Source: Bugula neritina
Taxonomy: Eukaryota; Animalia; Bryozoa
Reading direction: 5' to 3'
Length of the DNA: 17,278 nucleotides
NCBI GenBank assembly: GCA_964035545.1
Contig: CAXIUT010000262.1
Coordinates: forward strand, 1 to 17,278
Shown here: one piece after another, positions 1 through 12,874 of the stretch
How the letters are laid out: the number at the start of each line of letters is the position of its first letter
How positions within the stretch are numbered: position 1 is the stretch's first letter
Translations under genes and position numbers: made by a program
Notes under the pieces: model-generated
Databases searched by the model: none
The model's input: the letters and a program-made list of their open reading frames with translations, nothing else
Told to the model about the DNA's origin: nothing

Positions 1-80
1 CCCAACCCCAACCCCAACCCCAACCCCAACCCCAACCCCAACCCCAACCCCAACCCCAACCCCAACCCCAACCCCAACCC
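1..80 (+). repeat. Left telomere, (CCCCAA)n
   Basis: Perfect C4A2 hexamer repeats from base 1 to 80, then unique AT-rich DNA. This is the correct orientation for a chromosome 5' end. Confidence 0.98.
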
Positions 81-514
81 AGTATTTTATATAAAAATAT
101 TAAAATGAATAGTTAATTGTAATACAATTGTTCTCAGACTTTTTAATTTCTTTTCTAATGATATTAATATCATGAGAGATATTGAACTTTATTTTTATTT
201 AGATTTATTTTGTTCAACTTTAATAACTATAAATATTTAATTTATAAATAAAAATCTTTTCAATGTTATTGTATAAAAAAATCTTTTAAAAAACAATATT
301 TTATTTTCAGAGCTTGAAGAAATTGGATAAGATCTAATTTTATAGCACAGATATTTAGAAAGAATAAAATTTTGTTTTGATGTTTATAAAAACGATTATT
401 TTTAAACGAATTATTTTACGAATAATAATCACTTTTAAAAATTAAAAATTAAAGTTATTTCGATCTTAAATAATAAAAATAGATAATAAAATTAATAATT
501 TAAAATCAAAGAAA

Positions 515-1252
515 ATGTTCGAAAAGAAATATTAATAAAAGGAAAATACTAACTAAAGAAAATAATCAAAATAAACAAATATAAAGAAATAACTAAAGAC
601 TGTTTAAATACAAACTTAATAATCTAGGATGGATTAAGCTTAAAGTGATTGGTAAGATATAAATTAGCAATAAAAAATATATTAAATTCTAAAGTCAAAA
701 AGATTAACTATTAGTTCAAGATCATAAAAATAAAGAAATAGAGAAAAAGATTAAATCAAAGAAAAAACTAAATATCACAACAAAAATAATAATAAATATT
801 TCAATTACCAAAAGTAAAAAGAAGAATTTGAAAAGAGAATAATGAAATAGAAGAAGAAGAAGAAGAAGAAGAAGAAGAAGAAGATGAAGAAGAAGAAGAA
901 GAAGAAGAAGAAGAAGAAAAGTGAAGAACTTCAAGAATAAAAATAAAAAATACTTGATGCTAAATTATAAAAGAAACTTAATGAAATGTCAGTCTTCGCT
1001 ACATTTAAGAATGGATTAAGTATTGTTTTTGGGTTTAAAAGTGAAGTAGCCAAATATATGGAAGAATAAAGAGCTAAATTAAACGAAAAGTATAAATAAA
1101 TTATTAATAATGAGAAAAAAATAAGTGTAAAACTATAAAAATATATCATAATAAGAAAAAGAACCACTTATTTCTAGCTCTTAAAAAGAAGAAAAAGTGA
1201 ATCAAACAAATATATTTTAAAAACAATGAACAGGATTAAACATCTCTGTTGA
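515..1252 (+). CDS. Hypothetical Glu/Lys-rich coiled-coil protein with a poly-Lys tract (start uncertain)
   Basis: Frame is free of TGA from 176 to the TGA at 1250-1252. With TAR=Glu it reads MFEKKYEEKE...RMDEAESDWEDINEQE...K11-M-K11-SEELQEEKEK...RIKHLC*. The ATG at 515 has an aaaATG context; in-frame ATGs at 263 and 380 are alternatives. Confidence 0.6.
850..918 (+). repeat. (GAA/AAG)n trinucleotide microsatellite with one interruption
   Basis: About 23 units with a single GAT/ATG interruption at 883-886. Confidence 0.95.
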
Positions 1253-1694
1253 ATATTTTGATCTATTAAAATTAATAAATAATAAATATATATTAACTGT
1301 CAATATGGTTTTATTTGAATTAATGAATCATTTTTAAGATAAATATGGTTAAAAAACAAATATTTTAATCCTTTTAAATACTAAATTAAAACATATGAAA
1401 TATTTCTTAACTTAAAGAATTAAAAGTATTTATTCTTGACTGGACATTACCATAGGAATTTATTAACTATGAATTTATTTTTATGTAGTTATCTTACTAT
1501 TTTACATCTTTATTTTTATAATAATTTGAATACAAGATCTATCTACAATTTATAAGGCCTTTACCTCATACTTATTAAGTAAAATATTTAAAATAGAAAT
1601 TAAAAAAAAATAAGAAAAAGACAATTACAAAATTATATCTTCTACTCTATATTTGATAAATTATGTCAGACATATTATAATTACTATTATGGTT

Positions 1695-4600
1695 TCAATC
1701 AAAGTTTTCAGAAATAAAATCTCCCATTTACTGATTGCCTTCGCTTTAACCTTCTACCTCAAACACTTATACTTCTTTCTTTTCTTATTTTTTTCTTTAA
1801 TTAATCTCTTCTTATTTCGTCGGAATAATAACTTCTTAAACTTCTTAATTATTATAATTAGGCCTAACAATTAATGGTTCTGTTCTTTAAATTATTCTTC
1901 TTCTCTTTACTGTTTTTATTTCTTGATGTATATCTTCATAATTATCACCAAAATCACTTATTTCTAAACCATTATGTTTTTATTTTTATTATGTTTTATC
2001 ATTGAATACTAAAGATGGTTAGAGTAATGTAGCATTTGAGTTAATACTTATAATTTTGTTTACTTAAAGATTACTATTATTTTCACTAACTTCCTGTTAA
2101 CTCTTTTCAATACTCAGCTCTTCTTTTACTTTTTATTTATTTTATACTTCACTAGATAATTAGTTTATTTCTTCTTCTTTACCTTTACATTAATACCATT
2201 TCATCATACTAATCACAACATAGTAGAGTTTTATAAAAGTGATACTTCCAAAGCCAATTCCGGCACAAATCAAAAGAGTCGAGTATTCTAGCTCAAGAAG
2301 AGAAGTGTTAATCACAAAAACATATAGTATCCTTTCCAAGAGATAAAGATGCTTATTGATTTTCTAAGAATGATAAAACCACATATCACCAAAGATAAAA
2401 ATGATCTCTATAAAGTTAATGAATAGAATAAACTCTTTTTTTCCGTCAGCCATCAAAATCATTCCTACTACTCTTAACAAGTTATTAATCTGGTAGAGTT
2501 AAAGGTTGAGATTATCTTTCACCATAAAGATATAGTAAAGACCATAACCAACACAAATTAGAAGAGATATCAGAAGAGTAAAAGCATAAGCCAAGTTAGT
2601 TGATGTGATTGTGTTGTTTTGAATACTTAGTAAACAAAGAAAACATCCAAAAACTATTATAACAGAAGAATAGGCCAACAAGTGATTATGCAGTGATTTG
2701 CATTGATCTTTTCTCAGGTTATTTTATTGATAGTAAAAGACTAAGAAGAAAGTCCAAAGAACGATCTAGATCAAAATAAAGATTTCTATGAAACTTCCAA
2801 AGTTATAGAGCAAGTTCTGAGTTCCATAAACAAAGACTGCTGAGTCAATGGCTACTTCAGAATAGCCTACTTTTTTGAGAATAGTTTAGAACAAGTTAGG
2901 AATGAAGTCTAACTAGTAAAAACTATAACCTTTGACTACATTAAAGAACTGAAAGTCAATAGGAGTTTATCTGATCCTTGACAATCCAAAGATCTGAACC
3001 ATCATAATAAAAGACATACACTCAGCGATAAGTTTATTGTCTTTCAAAAAGAAAATAGCCAACATCAAAAAGACAAAGCTCATACAAGAAAAGATAATAC
3101 CTTCTATGTAGAGATTGATGTTATTGTAAAAGACGTAATAGTAAGAGTCAAGGAAAGAAGGATCACTTAAACTAAAACTACCAGTGAGTTGGTTGTAGGT
3201 CAAACCATTCGCTGTAAGAAGAGTACCTGCTTGAAAAGTAACTGAAACACTAGTAGTCCAGAGATTAGCTTCATAGTAGTTAGTCAAAATAGTCAAAAAA
3301 GTCCTATCACTGCTGATAGTTAGAGACTAAACATTTAGAGAAACAGTTGAAAGAAGCAAACGAGTGCTAGCTGTCACCAAAGCAACTGTCATTCCATTCA
3401 TAATTTAAGTAGCTGAAGAGTTTTAGCTTATTCCTTGAGGAAGTGATATTTTGTGTTCATAGTTTTTACCTTCATTTGCTACTAAAGTACTCACTTGAAA
3501 ACCAATGGCACAAGAACTACCAGAAGCACAGGCTTAGCAAGTTGGAGTTGTTCCTGTAGTTCCAACTAATCCATCAGGACAACTCTCATAACAAACTCCA
3601 TTATAAGTGTAAGTAGTATTAGGACAAGATGAAATACAAGTTTTATTGTAAAATAATAGAGTACTAGCACAAGTAAGACAAGATGTACTTGAAATATTAC
3701 AAGTAAGACAGGTGTTATCGCATAGTTGACAGTAGTTGGGTTGACTGCTGTCAATGAACTGTCCATCAGGACAAGTACTTGCACAAGTTGTTCCTCCATT
3801 CTAAAGATAGTAAATGGTAGTTGAGTTTGTGACTGGGTCAGTTATGGTTCTACACTAAGTACATTGAGCACTCGATGGTCCAGTGCAACTACTACACTTG
3901 ACATCACAGGACTAACACAATAAGGCTGAGGTATTTGCATAGTAAGAAGTAGGACAAGTTGATGAACAACTTGCTGAAGGAGTGAGAAGATTATTAGTAG
4001 CAGAGGGATTACAGCTAGTGCAGCTTTCTTTAGCAATACAAGTCAGACAACTAGGGGAACATGGTTGACAAAGTAGTGGTGAGCCTGTTGAATACTAACT
4101 ACTTGAACATCCTTGAATACATTAAGAAGAAGTAGTCAAAACATATCCTGCAGTATTATTGCAATCAGTGCACGATGTGTTGGAGTTAGGTTGATTGCAG
4201 CGAAGGCAGTCAGTATGACAAATATTACAGACATAAGAAGGAGAGTTTGTGGCATTTTCATAGTAGTTAGAACAAGTAGAAACACAGTAAGCTCCAACTT
4301 AGTCAAGATAAAATTGAGTTCCTGTCGTGTTAGTGCCGCAAGAAGTACAAAAAATTGAAGTAATTTTACAAGTACTGCAGTTACTATCACATAGAAGACA
4401 AGTTGAAGGAGTTCCACCTGAATACTGACCATCAGGGCAACCAGAAATACAAGAAGTAGTTGAATTGTATGCAAAGTTATACCCTGATTTACAACTGATG
4501 CAATCAGTACTAGAGTTGATAGCACTACAAGTCTAACAAGCCAGGTCACATTGATCGCATTGAGACCATGATGAGTTTACTAAATAGTTCTGACTACATG

Positions 4601-6296
4601 TAGTAACACAAGCATTGCTTGAGTCGAGATAAAATTGATTTTCTGCCAAAATGCCACAAGAAGTGCAGTTAGTGGCAACTAAACTACAAGTGAGACAATT
4701 GCTATCGCATAGTTAACAAGAGTTGGGTTGACTCATGCTTATGAATTGTCCATCAGGACAAGTACTTGCACAAGTTGTTCCTCCATTCTAAAGATAGTAA
4801 GTGGTAGTTGAGCTTGTGACTGGGTCAGTTATGGTACTACACTAACTACATTGAGTATTCATTGGTCCAGTACAACTACTACACTTTACATTACAAGAAT
4901 AACACAATAAGGTCAAGGTATCTGCATAGTAAGAAGTAGGACAAGTTGATGAACAAGTTGCTTAAGGAGTAAGAATATTATTAGTAGCAGAGGGAACACA
5001 ACTGGTGCAGTTATTACTAGCAACACTACAAGTCTGACAATTAGGAGAACAGGCAGTACAACTTAGAACTGATCCTGAAACAAACTGACCATCTGGACAT
5101 CCTTGAACGCAAGATATAATTGAGCTGATTTAAAAATTATAGCCACTAGCTTCATTACAACTCGAACAGTCAGTAGATGAATTGCCTGCAGTACATGTTA
5201 GACATGCCACATGACATCGATCGCAATAATACGAACCAGATTCGATGAGATAACTGCTTGTGCAGGGATATTTACAGGTATCATCAAAAGTATCTAAATA
5301 GAATTGTGTTCCAGCAATGCTTGAACAAGAAGTGCAAATAGTACTTAATTTGGTACAAGTGAGACAATTAGCATCACAAAGTTGACATGCCAAGGGTTGT
5401 CCAGTTACAAATTAATTGCTTGCACATGTACTTACACAGCTAGTAGTTGAGTTGTATGAGAAGAAGTAGCCTCCATCGGTATTGCATTATGAGCAGTTAT
5501 TTGCTGTGGGTTTTTAGCAACGAATACATGCTAGATGGCATGAATCGCATAAAAATTATCCATTTCCATAGTAGCTAGTGGGACAAGTAAAAGAACATGC
5601 ACCGTTCAGTTTATAAGTCTGAGTGCCATTACCAGCAGTTCCACAAGTTGTACAATTTGTATAAGAATAACATAAAGCACAGTTTTAACTGCAGATTAAG
5701 AGAACAACAGTGAAATCTTTAATTTTGATAAAAGAGCAACTACCTTCATTATCAATGATAATCGTATCATTTGTTGTTCCATGTATTGAAGCTATGTTAA
5801 AAGGACTACTTGATCCTTATTCATTGATATTTTGAGTATAATTTTGTAGTGGGAAAGTTACAGATACAATATTAGAAATACATGAAGTTTAAGCACTTAA
5901 TTCTAATACCAATAATATTGATAATATATAGTGCGTAGGTAAATTATTAACTGCTACAACCATTCTATAGTTGCTTCCACTAGATTTAGGATTAAGTTGT
6001 ATTCCTTAAGAATCCCAACCCATTTAAGATGCATTGGTATAAGAACTACCGTTTAGCAGTGATAATGAACTAACAATAGTAGAGGTGCTCTGCCAGTTGA
6101 AATCTACATTTTCCATTAAGAAAGTGTTATTAAGTGTACAAATTCCATTTGTTAGTGTAAAAGTACTATCACAACTTGTACAACAATTGTAACAGTAGCC
6201 TGAACAGCTGTTCGCTGGGCAATAGGAATAACACTGAGAAAAGGAACTTTCAATCATTAGAAATAAGACGATTGTCATTAGGATAGTTTGCAACAT
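1695..6296 (-). CDS. Large surface or membrane protein (1533 aa): signal peptide, furin-like CxxC Cys-rich repeats, multi-pass TM region, acidic cytoplasmic tail
   Basis: ORF-track fragments 6024-6296, 5130-5393, 2967-3296 and 2499-2681 are all in one frame and join through TAA/TAG. It starts MLQTILMTIVLFLMIESSFS-QCY (signal-like), has repeats such as CASTCPDGQF...CQLCDNTCLTC, several hydrophobic segments at about 2200-3110, and ends EGESEGNQEMGDFISENFD-TGA at 1697-1695. Confidence 0.9.
3710..5690 (-). repeat. Internal tandem duplication (period about 987-990 nt) in the Cys-rich ectodomain
   Basis: gcacaagttgttcctccattctaaagatagtaa occurs at both 3781 and 4768 (offset 987). Similarity continues, e.g. 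ccttgaa at 4111 and 5101. Outer boundaries are approximate. Confidence 0.8.
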
Positions 6297-6370
6297 CCAG
6301 TTGAAATTTTACTGTGATTGATATATTATATTTAATTAGCCATTTTACAAATATCATGAAGAGGAAATGT

Positions 6371-7510
<1,140 letters not shown>

Positions 7511-7612
7511 AGTTGATTATTAAATTATTTAGAAGAATAAATCATTAGATCAAAAAAAAATATATTATGCTTACTTTCTTCATTAAATAAAATAATAATC
7601 AAACAATCAACT

Positions 7613-8746
7613 TCATTCCTTTCCTTTGTAAAAAGGATAGTCAATATATCCATTCGTAGCTCCATGCTATACCCCATAGAAAGTCTTAGTGTCCCACTTA
7701 TCATTAACTTCCCAATTGTTAACTACTCTTTCTGCCAAATCAGGATTACATACATAATATCGACCAAAGCTAATAGCATCACATAAATCAGATCTCATTT
7801 TACTCAATCCTGTTTCTGGAGTAAATGAATCGTTTCCTACTATTACTCCTGAAAAATATTTTCTAAAAGCCTAGCAAACATCAGGGATCTGCTCTCTTTG
7901 AGTAAGAGCATATTTTTGAGGAAAGTTGTAAGCTTCAGTTGATTACCTGAATTAAATAAATCCTATCTTTCTTTTGTCAAGTTCTTGAAGCAAAGTAGAA
8001 TATGTTTCAATTGGATTTTAATCATACATATCTTTTAGTCTAGTTGCAGGCGACAGTTTAATACCCACTCTATAAGCAGCAAAATGTTTAATAGCGATAT
8101 CTATCAGTTATAAACAAAATCTAATCCTATTCTAGACAGATCCTCCATATTGATCTGTTCTTTTGTTCGATACAGAACATAAAAACTGATTAACTAAAAA
8201 TCCATGAGCACCATGAAGTTAAATTCCATCAAAACCTGCCTATTTTGCCATCTGAACACTTTTCTAAAATTATTATTTAGTTGTTTCAATATCTTATTTT
8301 GTCATTTCCTTAGGCACCCTATAACTAACTCCTGGCATATTACTTATAGGCTCTGTTACTGCTATTGGAGAAGGACCCCATATTTATAACCCCTCCGTTT
8401 TCTAAGGAACAGTGCTTCGACCACAATGCAACATTTGGACAAATATTTTACCTCCCTTCGCATGCACTGCCTCAGTTACCTTCTTCCATCCTTACATTTG
8501 TTCTTTGTTGTACAAACAGGCAGCTCCTGGAGACCCTCTTCCTCTCAGAGAAAAAGCAGTAGATTATGTAATAATGAAACCTGCTCCTGCTCTTTGTGAA
8601 TAATATTCCACTAGAAGATCATTAGGTACTCCTAGTTTAGGATCACAACGTTGTCTAGTCAGAGCAGACATAATAACTCTGTTTTTAAGAGTAAGCTATC
8701 CCATTTTGAGAGGATCTCCCCATTTAAGTTAAGAAGATTTATCCAT
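7613..8746 (-). CDS. Old Yellow Enzyme / NADH:flavin oxidoreductase, paralog 2, 377 aa (catalytic Tyr replaced by Phe)
   Basis: Motifs LKNRVIMSALTR, EYYSQRAGAG, AGFDGIELHGAHGFLVNQFL, YGGSVENR, FGRYYVCNPDL and GYIDYPF. 1134 nt, TGA stop, colinear with paralog 1. Confidence 0.96.
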
Positions 8747-8976
8747 TGATATGATTATTGATTAGAATTTATATTAGGATATAAAAGTTATATTATTATT
8801 CATTTTTGGCTAAATATCTTTAAAAAAGTTCAAATTTATATAATTTCACCATTTGCGATAATTCAAAAATAAATGATCATATTTATAATTTGATTTTTAT
8901 TCTTTTTCAAATTATAAATTAATTCCAATCTGTTTAACTCATGTATTTGGACAAGAAAAAAAAGAATAAATTTACT
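8747..8976. promoter_or_regulatory. Divergent intergenic region (putative bidirectional promoter) between OYE paralog 2 and the SET gene
   Basis: 230-bp AT-rich spacer between head-to-head ATGs at 8746 (-) and 8977 (+). No specific motif identified. Confidence 0.5.
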
Positions 8977-10910
8977 ATGGGCAAATATCTTAGAAAAATG
9001 AAACAGCTCAGAAAAAAAGACTAAACTGCCAAACAAATAGGCTTAACTCCAGAGCTTTAAGCATATAAATAAGATTTACTAAAGCAAGGACTTGAAGTAG
9101 GACCTCTTGAAGTTGCATTATTTCAAACTAAAAATGGATTATCTTATCCAGGATTCATTGCTAAATAACCAATCAACTCCAATAGTGTTCTACTTCGAGT
9201 GCCAGTAGATTGTTTGTTGACAACCAGAGATGCCTTTCTCAGCGAAATCCAAAAGTATTTAGTTTTAGATATAGAGTGTTTGAATAAAATCCTAAGTTCT
9301 ATTCAAAAGCATTTAGTTCAGATTGGTAAGATAGAATTATTCTTACTTATTTACTTTTTGAATATCAAAAAGGAAAAAAATCAAAATGGCATCACTTGCT
9401 TTAAAATCTTCCCAGAGATATCGATTACGTCGCTTTCTGGCCTTAATCATAACTAAAATATCTTTAGGACACCAAATTTGAAAGAACAATAAAAAAATAA
9501 AAATAAAGAGTAATATGTGAACAGCAATAACTGATAGCAATAGCTAAGAGTTATCCTCAATTTTTTGATATCAAAGTCTTTACTCCATAAAATATCACAT
9601 GGATACACGTTCATTTAGTGACTAGATGTTTTGGAAAATATTTTTAATACACAACTATGGTACCTTATGCTTAACTGTTCAATCATTAGTGTGTAGATGT
9701 CTACTATACAATGGATTACGATGAAAATAATCCTCATAGTCAGCAAGAATAGCTAGATAAACCAAAACCTATTACATAGCAAGAAGAAGAGTAATTTGAT
9801 ACTAGCTAAGGATCTTATAATGCATCTGATGTTAGTCTTGAAGATGAATATTTTTAGTAAACTTAAATCCAAGAATAGAAAAGTTAAAATCCTTCATCAA
9901 AAGTCATAACTGAATATAAAACTATTCAGTCTTATCTTATAGCTTTTATAAATTTCAATGATGAGGTCAGTCTTCCTTATCTTTAAAAGATATATACATA
10001 ATTATAAAACATAATAAAATTGGAATAAGAACCTGCTATTCAAAAATTAGCTAAAATGCACAATAAAAATGTCAAATATCTCAAATTAGTTAAATAGTTT
10101 TTCATGAAGCAACAATCCAATAGATACACCTACGGTCTCCGCCAGAGAAAGAAGCACAAACCTGCCAAACACCAAAACAAATAAAAATAATAGCTAAATC
10201 CTCAAAAAAAATATTTTTAAGGTTCATGGCCTAAAGACAAATTTGATGATTTTTTGATGGTTTGTGGCCATAAAGATCAATTCCAAGCAGGATCTCAAGT
10301 CTACTTTTGCTATGGCCGACTCCCCAATCGTTTACTACTCATGCGCTACGGTATTACACTTTAACATAACAAGTATAATCACCTTTTTATCCATATTGAT
10401 ATTTCCCAATTGGTGTATAAGTGCCTTCCTTTACAGAAAGCTGTACAGGAGTAAATAGCACTAAGAAAATATAAGAAATTCAAAATAAAACAAATTACAT
10501 TTTGTAGTGAATTAGTAGTCTATCATCGAAGCTTGCTTTGGAAATATAATTAGGACCCCTAATACATATTTTCAGTTTTTGATTTGAATAGATAGCGAAA
10601 TGTGCTGAAGATGGTTCTGGATATTTTATAATAAAAAATGATTTCTTTTAAACATCCTCTTTAGTAGAATTAAAAATTGTTATTCAGTAAAGAGTTAGGC
10701 TATCATTAATATTTTGCAGTTATATACAAAGTAGAACAACAAAGAATACTAGCCTCACAAATGAGTATGATCAACTATGCATTTGAAATGATATAAGGGA
10801 TGTAGAAAGGAGACAGTTTATAGAAATTATTGAGGAAATAAGACAATTAATAGAAAATGAGATATCAAATTATGATGGAACAATACTTTAAATCTTACAA
10901 GTATTTCTGA
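8977..10910 (+). CDS. SET-domain protein lysine methyltransferase (Rubisco-LSMT/SETD3/SETD6-like), 637 aa; join(8977..9254,9275..10910)
   Basis: Motifs GFIAKEPI..VLLRVP..LLT, LLFEYQKGKKSKWHHLLENLP, FWPESEL, VTRCFG, MVPYAELFNH and GSQVYFCYGRLPNRLLLMRYG. One 20-nt intron restores the frame. TGA at 10908-10910. Confidence 0.9.
9255..9274 (+). other. 20-nt spliceosomal intron GTATTTAGTTTTAGATATAG
   Basis: Removal joins SEIQK to VFEENPKFY and restores the SET frame. Confidence 0.85.
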
Positions 10911-10944
10911 TTTCGGTTATTATTATTATTTAGATCTATTTATA

Positions 10945-12800
10945 TCATTTTTATTGGATTTATTCTTTGTCCCAATCATCTCCATATTGCTCTCTCATCT
11001 CTTCTTCATCCTATAAACTCATATTTCCATATAATTTACTCAAAATCTATATATCTTCAGCTTTAAACTGAGGCCCGTCTTATGGATCCAAAGCAACTCT
11101 CATTGTCTTTCCCTTCTCGCCAGTTACATACTTTTGCAGCTATAAAGGATCATCTAACTTTTTCATATGCTATTCCATCATTTCCTCTATTTTATTTTGC
11201 CTCTTCTGTGCTTTTACGCTCATTACAGGTTCTTTAATATTAAGCAAGTGATCTCTCAGATATTCTTTGTACAGACCTCGGAAAGATCCATAGTGATAGA
11301 TAGGCAATTTGATTCTATCCTCCATTTATACATTCATTTTTCCAACTAATTTGCTAAAAAGAATAATTCCCTCTTTAGAAGTAAATCCCTTAGTAAATTT
11401 ATCAAATAATTCAATTCTATGTTTATCTCCCTCTTCATTCAGATGATCTCTCATTTTCTGCATCAACATCTTCATCTTCTATGAATCCTAATGCACTGAT
11501 AAATAATTCTTAGCCTCATAAGTATAAGGAAAATACTTACTACTTCTTTATTCTATCAATTTGAACTGCTAACTCAATTTTATTCTAATTTGCTCACCTT
11601 CTTTCACATGGATATTCTATCTTCAAGTAAAATTACATCTATTCTTTTACGCATTAATTTATACCACTTCTTTTATGATGATTTTTTAGCCTATTCATAA
11701 CGATTTCTAAGTTATTAGTAAGTCATCGATGAAAAGAGATCACCAAAACACATATCTTTAAAAATGTTTTTGCCATTTGCAAATTAAGATTCAACCCAGC
11801 TTTCTCTCAATAAAACTATTAATGCAAATTTTTATAAAATAACTTGAACTCCTTCTTCTCGAATTTTAACCAATTAATCATATATTTCAGAATTAGGATC
11901 ATTTATTCCATTCCTATACACATTTTAAGGACTAACGTCAATTCGATGGACCTGCTCAGCTATCCTCGATACGAAATAACCAGGAACAAACATCAATATT
12001 TTATCCATCAGTTTAGCATATCTCTTCAGTAAAGCAGCCTGATAAGTTAACTCCCTTGAATGTATTTATGGCTATTCACTCATTACATAATTTTGAATTG
12101 CCTCACGGGTATAACTTATATGCCACTATTTTGATTCTTTTTGACGCTACTCAACTTTATTTAATGCTCTTTCAGCAATTCCTTTTAATTAATCTAAAGA
12201 ATACCTCATAATTAGATCTTAAATAACAAGAATATCTGAAGGCTTACCAAAAGCTAGCCTCGTTGAATCTTAAACAGATGCCAATTAAACAATAGTTTCA
12301 TAATCATGAGGCACAATTCTTCTATCTTTAAAATTGATCGAACAACATTCCTTTTTTTTACTATCCCATAAAAAATCTCTATCATCCTACATCCTCTTCT
12401 GAACATACCTGGTCATCCTTTCTTTACAATGCATCTTCTATGGTTTATAACATGGATATTCATAACGCTGTCTGATTCCTAGTCTATCTTCCCAAACCCT
12501 CACATAGTTATCATTTACCCCACCCAGAATAATAAGTTGATATTGACTATATTTCATCATTGACCTTGCAAATTTCATTGAAGTAAAGCTATAAGGCGTT
12601 AAACCAGCTATTTGACAATTATTACCATAAACAAATTATTAATATAATTTAGGTTAATGTACATATCTTTACTGAGAGGTAAATCTGCTAGAAAAATGAG
12701 CCATTCTTTATATCTTAATTTTAGCCAGTTCCTGATAACTTGGCACCTATTGCTACGATCGACGTGCAAAGTAATAGGACAGCCTCTGTGTCAACTTCAT
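10945..12800 (-). CDS. Hypothetical 611-aa protein with a probable mitochondrial presequence and possible degenerate TraB-like domain; join(12800..11637,11616..10945)
   Basis: Continuous frame from the ATG at 12800 (MKLTQRLSYYFARRS) with one 20-nt intron, to the TGA at 10947-10945. The domain call is by eye only. Confidence 0.82.
11617..11636 (-). other. 20-nt intron GTAATTTTACTTGAAGATAG
   Basis: The unspliced frame hits TGA shortly afterwards; removal gives about 220 further open codons. Confidence 0.85.
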
Positions 12801-12874
12801 TTAGTATTATTAATATCAAATACCATAAATATAATCTTGGTTATTTGAAGAGATTTATCATTAAATAATATATC
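12801..12874. promoter_or_regulatory. 74-bp divergent intergenic region (putative bidirectional promoter)
   Basis: Head-to-head ATGs at 12800 (-) and 12875 (+). Confidence 0.55.

Noticed and set aside
105-137. ATG at 105 with a 19-nt candidate intron (119-137) as the start of the first gene
   Set aside because: It has the wrong length and lacks the -6 A. The resulting frame stops at about 646 and does not join the E/K-rich frame.
832-924. Poly-Glu reading of the GAA repeat
   Set aside because: That frame is bounded by TGA at 829-831 and 922-924, with no consensus 20-nt introns to rescue it.
722-1167. Minus-strand poly-Leu/Phe hydrophobic ORFs in the ORF track
   Set aside because: They are antisense shadows of the GAA/AAG-rich plus-strand gene. 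Most other short track ORFs are likewise shadows or TAR-delimited fragments of larger genes.
1253-1694. Unusually long (about 440 bp) spacer that might hide a small gene or ncRNA
   Set aside because: It is very AT-rich, with no recognisable ORF, tRNA or stable structure by eye. An Rfam or RNA-seq check would be needed.
3710-5690. CRISPR array or mobile-element repeats
   Set aside because: The repeats are in-frame coding Cys-rich modules. There is no repeat-spacer structure, transposase or terminal inverted repeat anywhere in the window.
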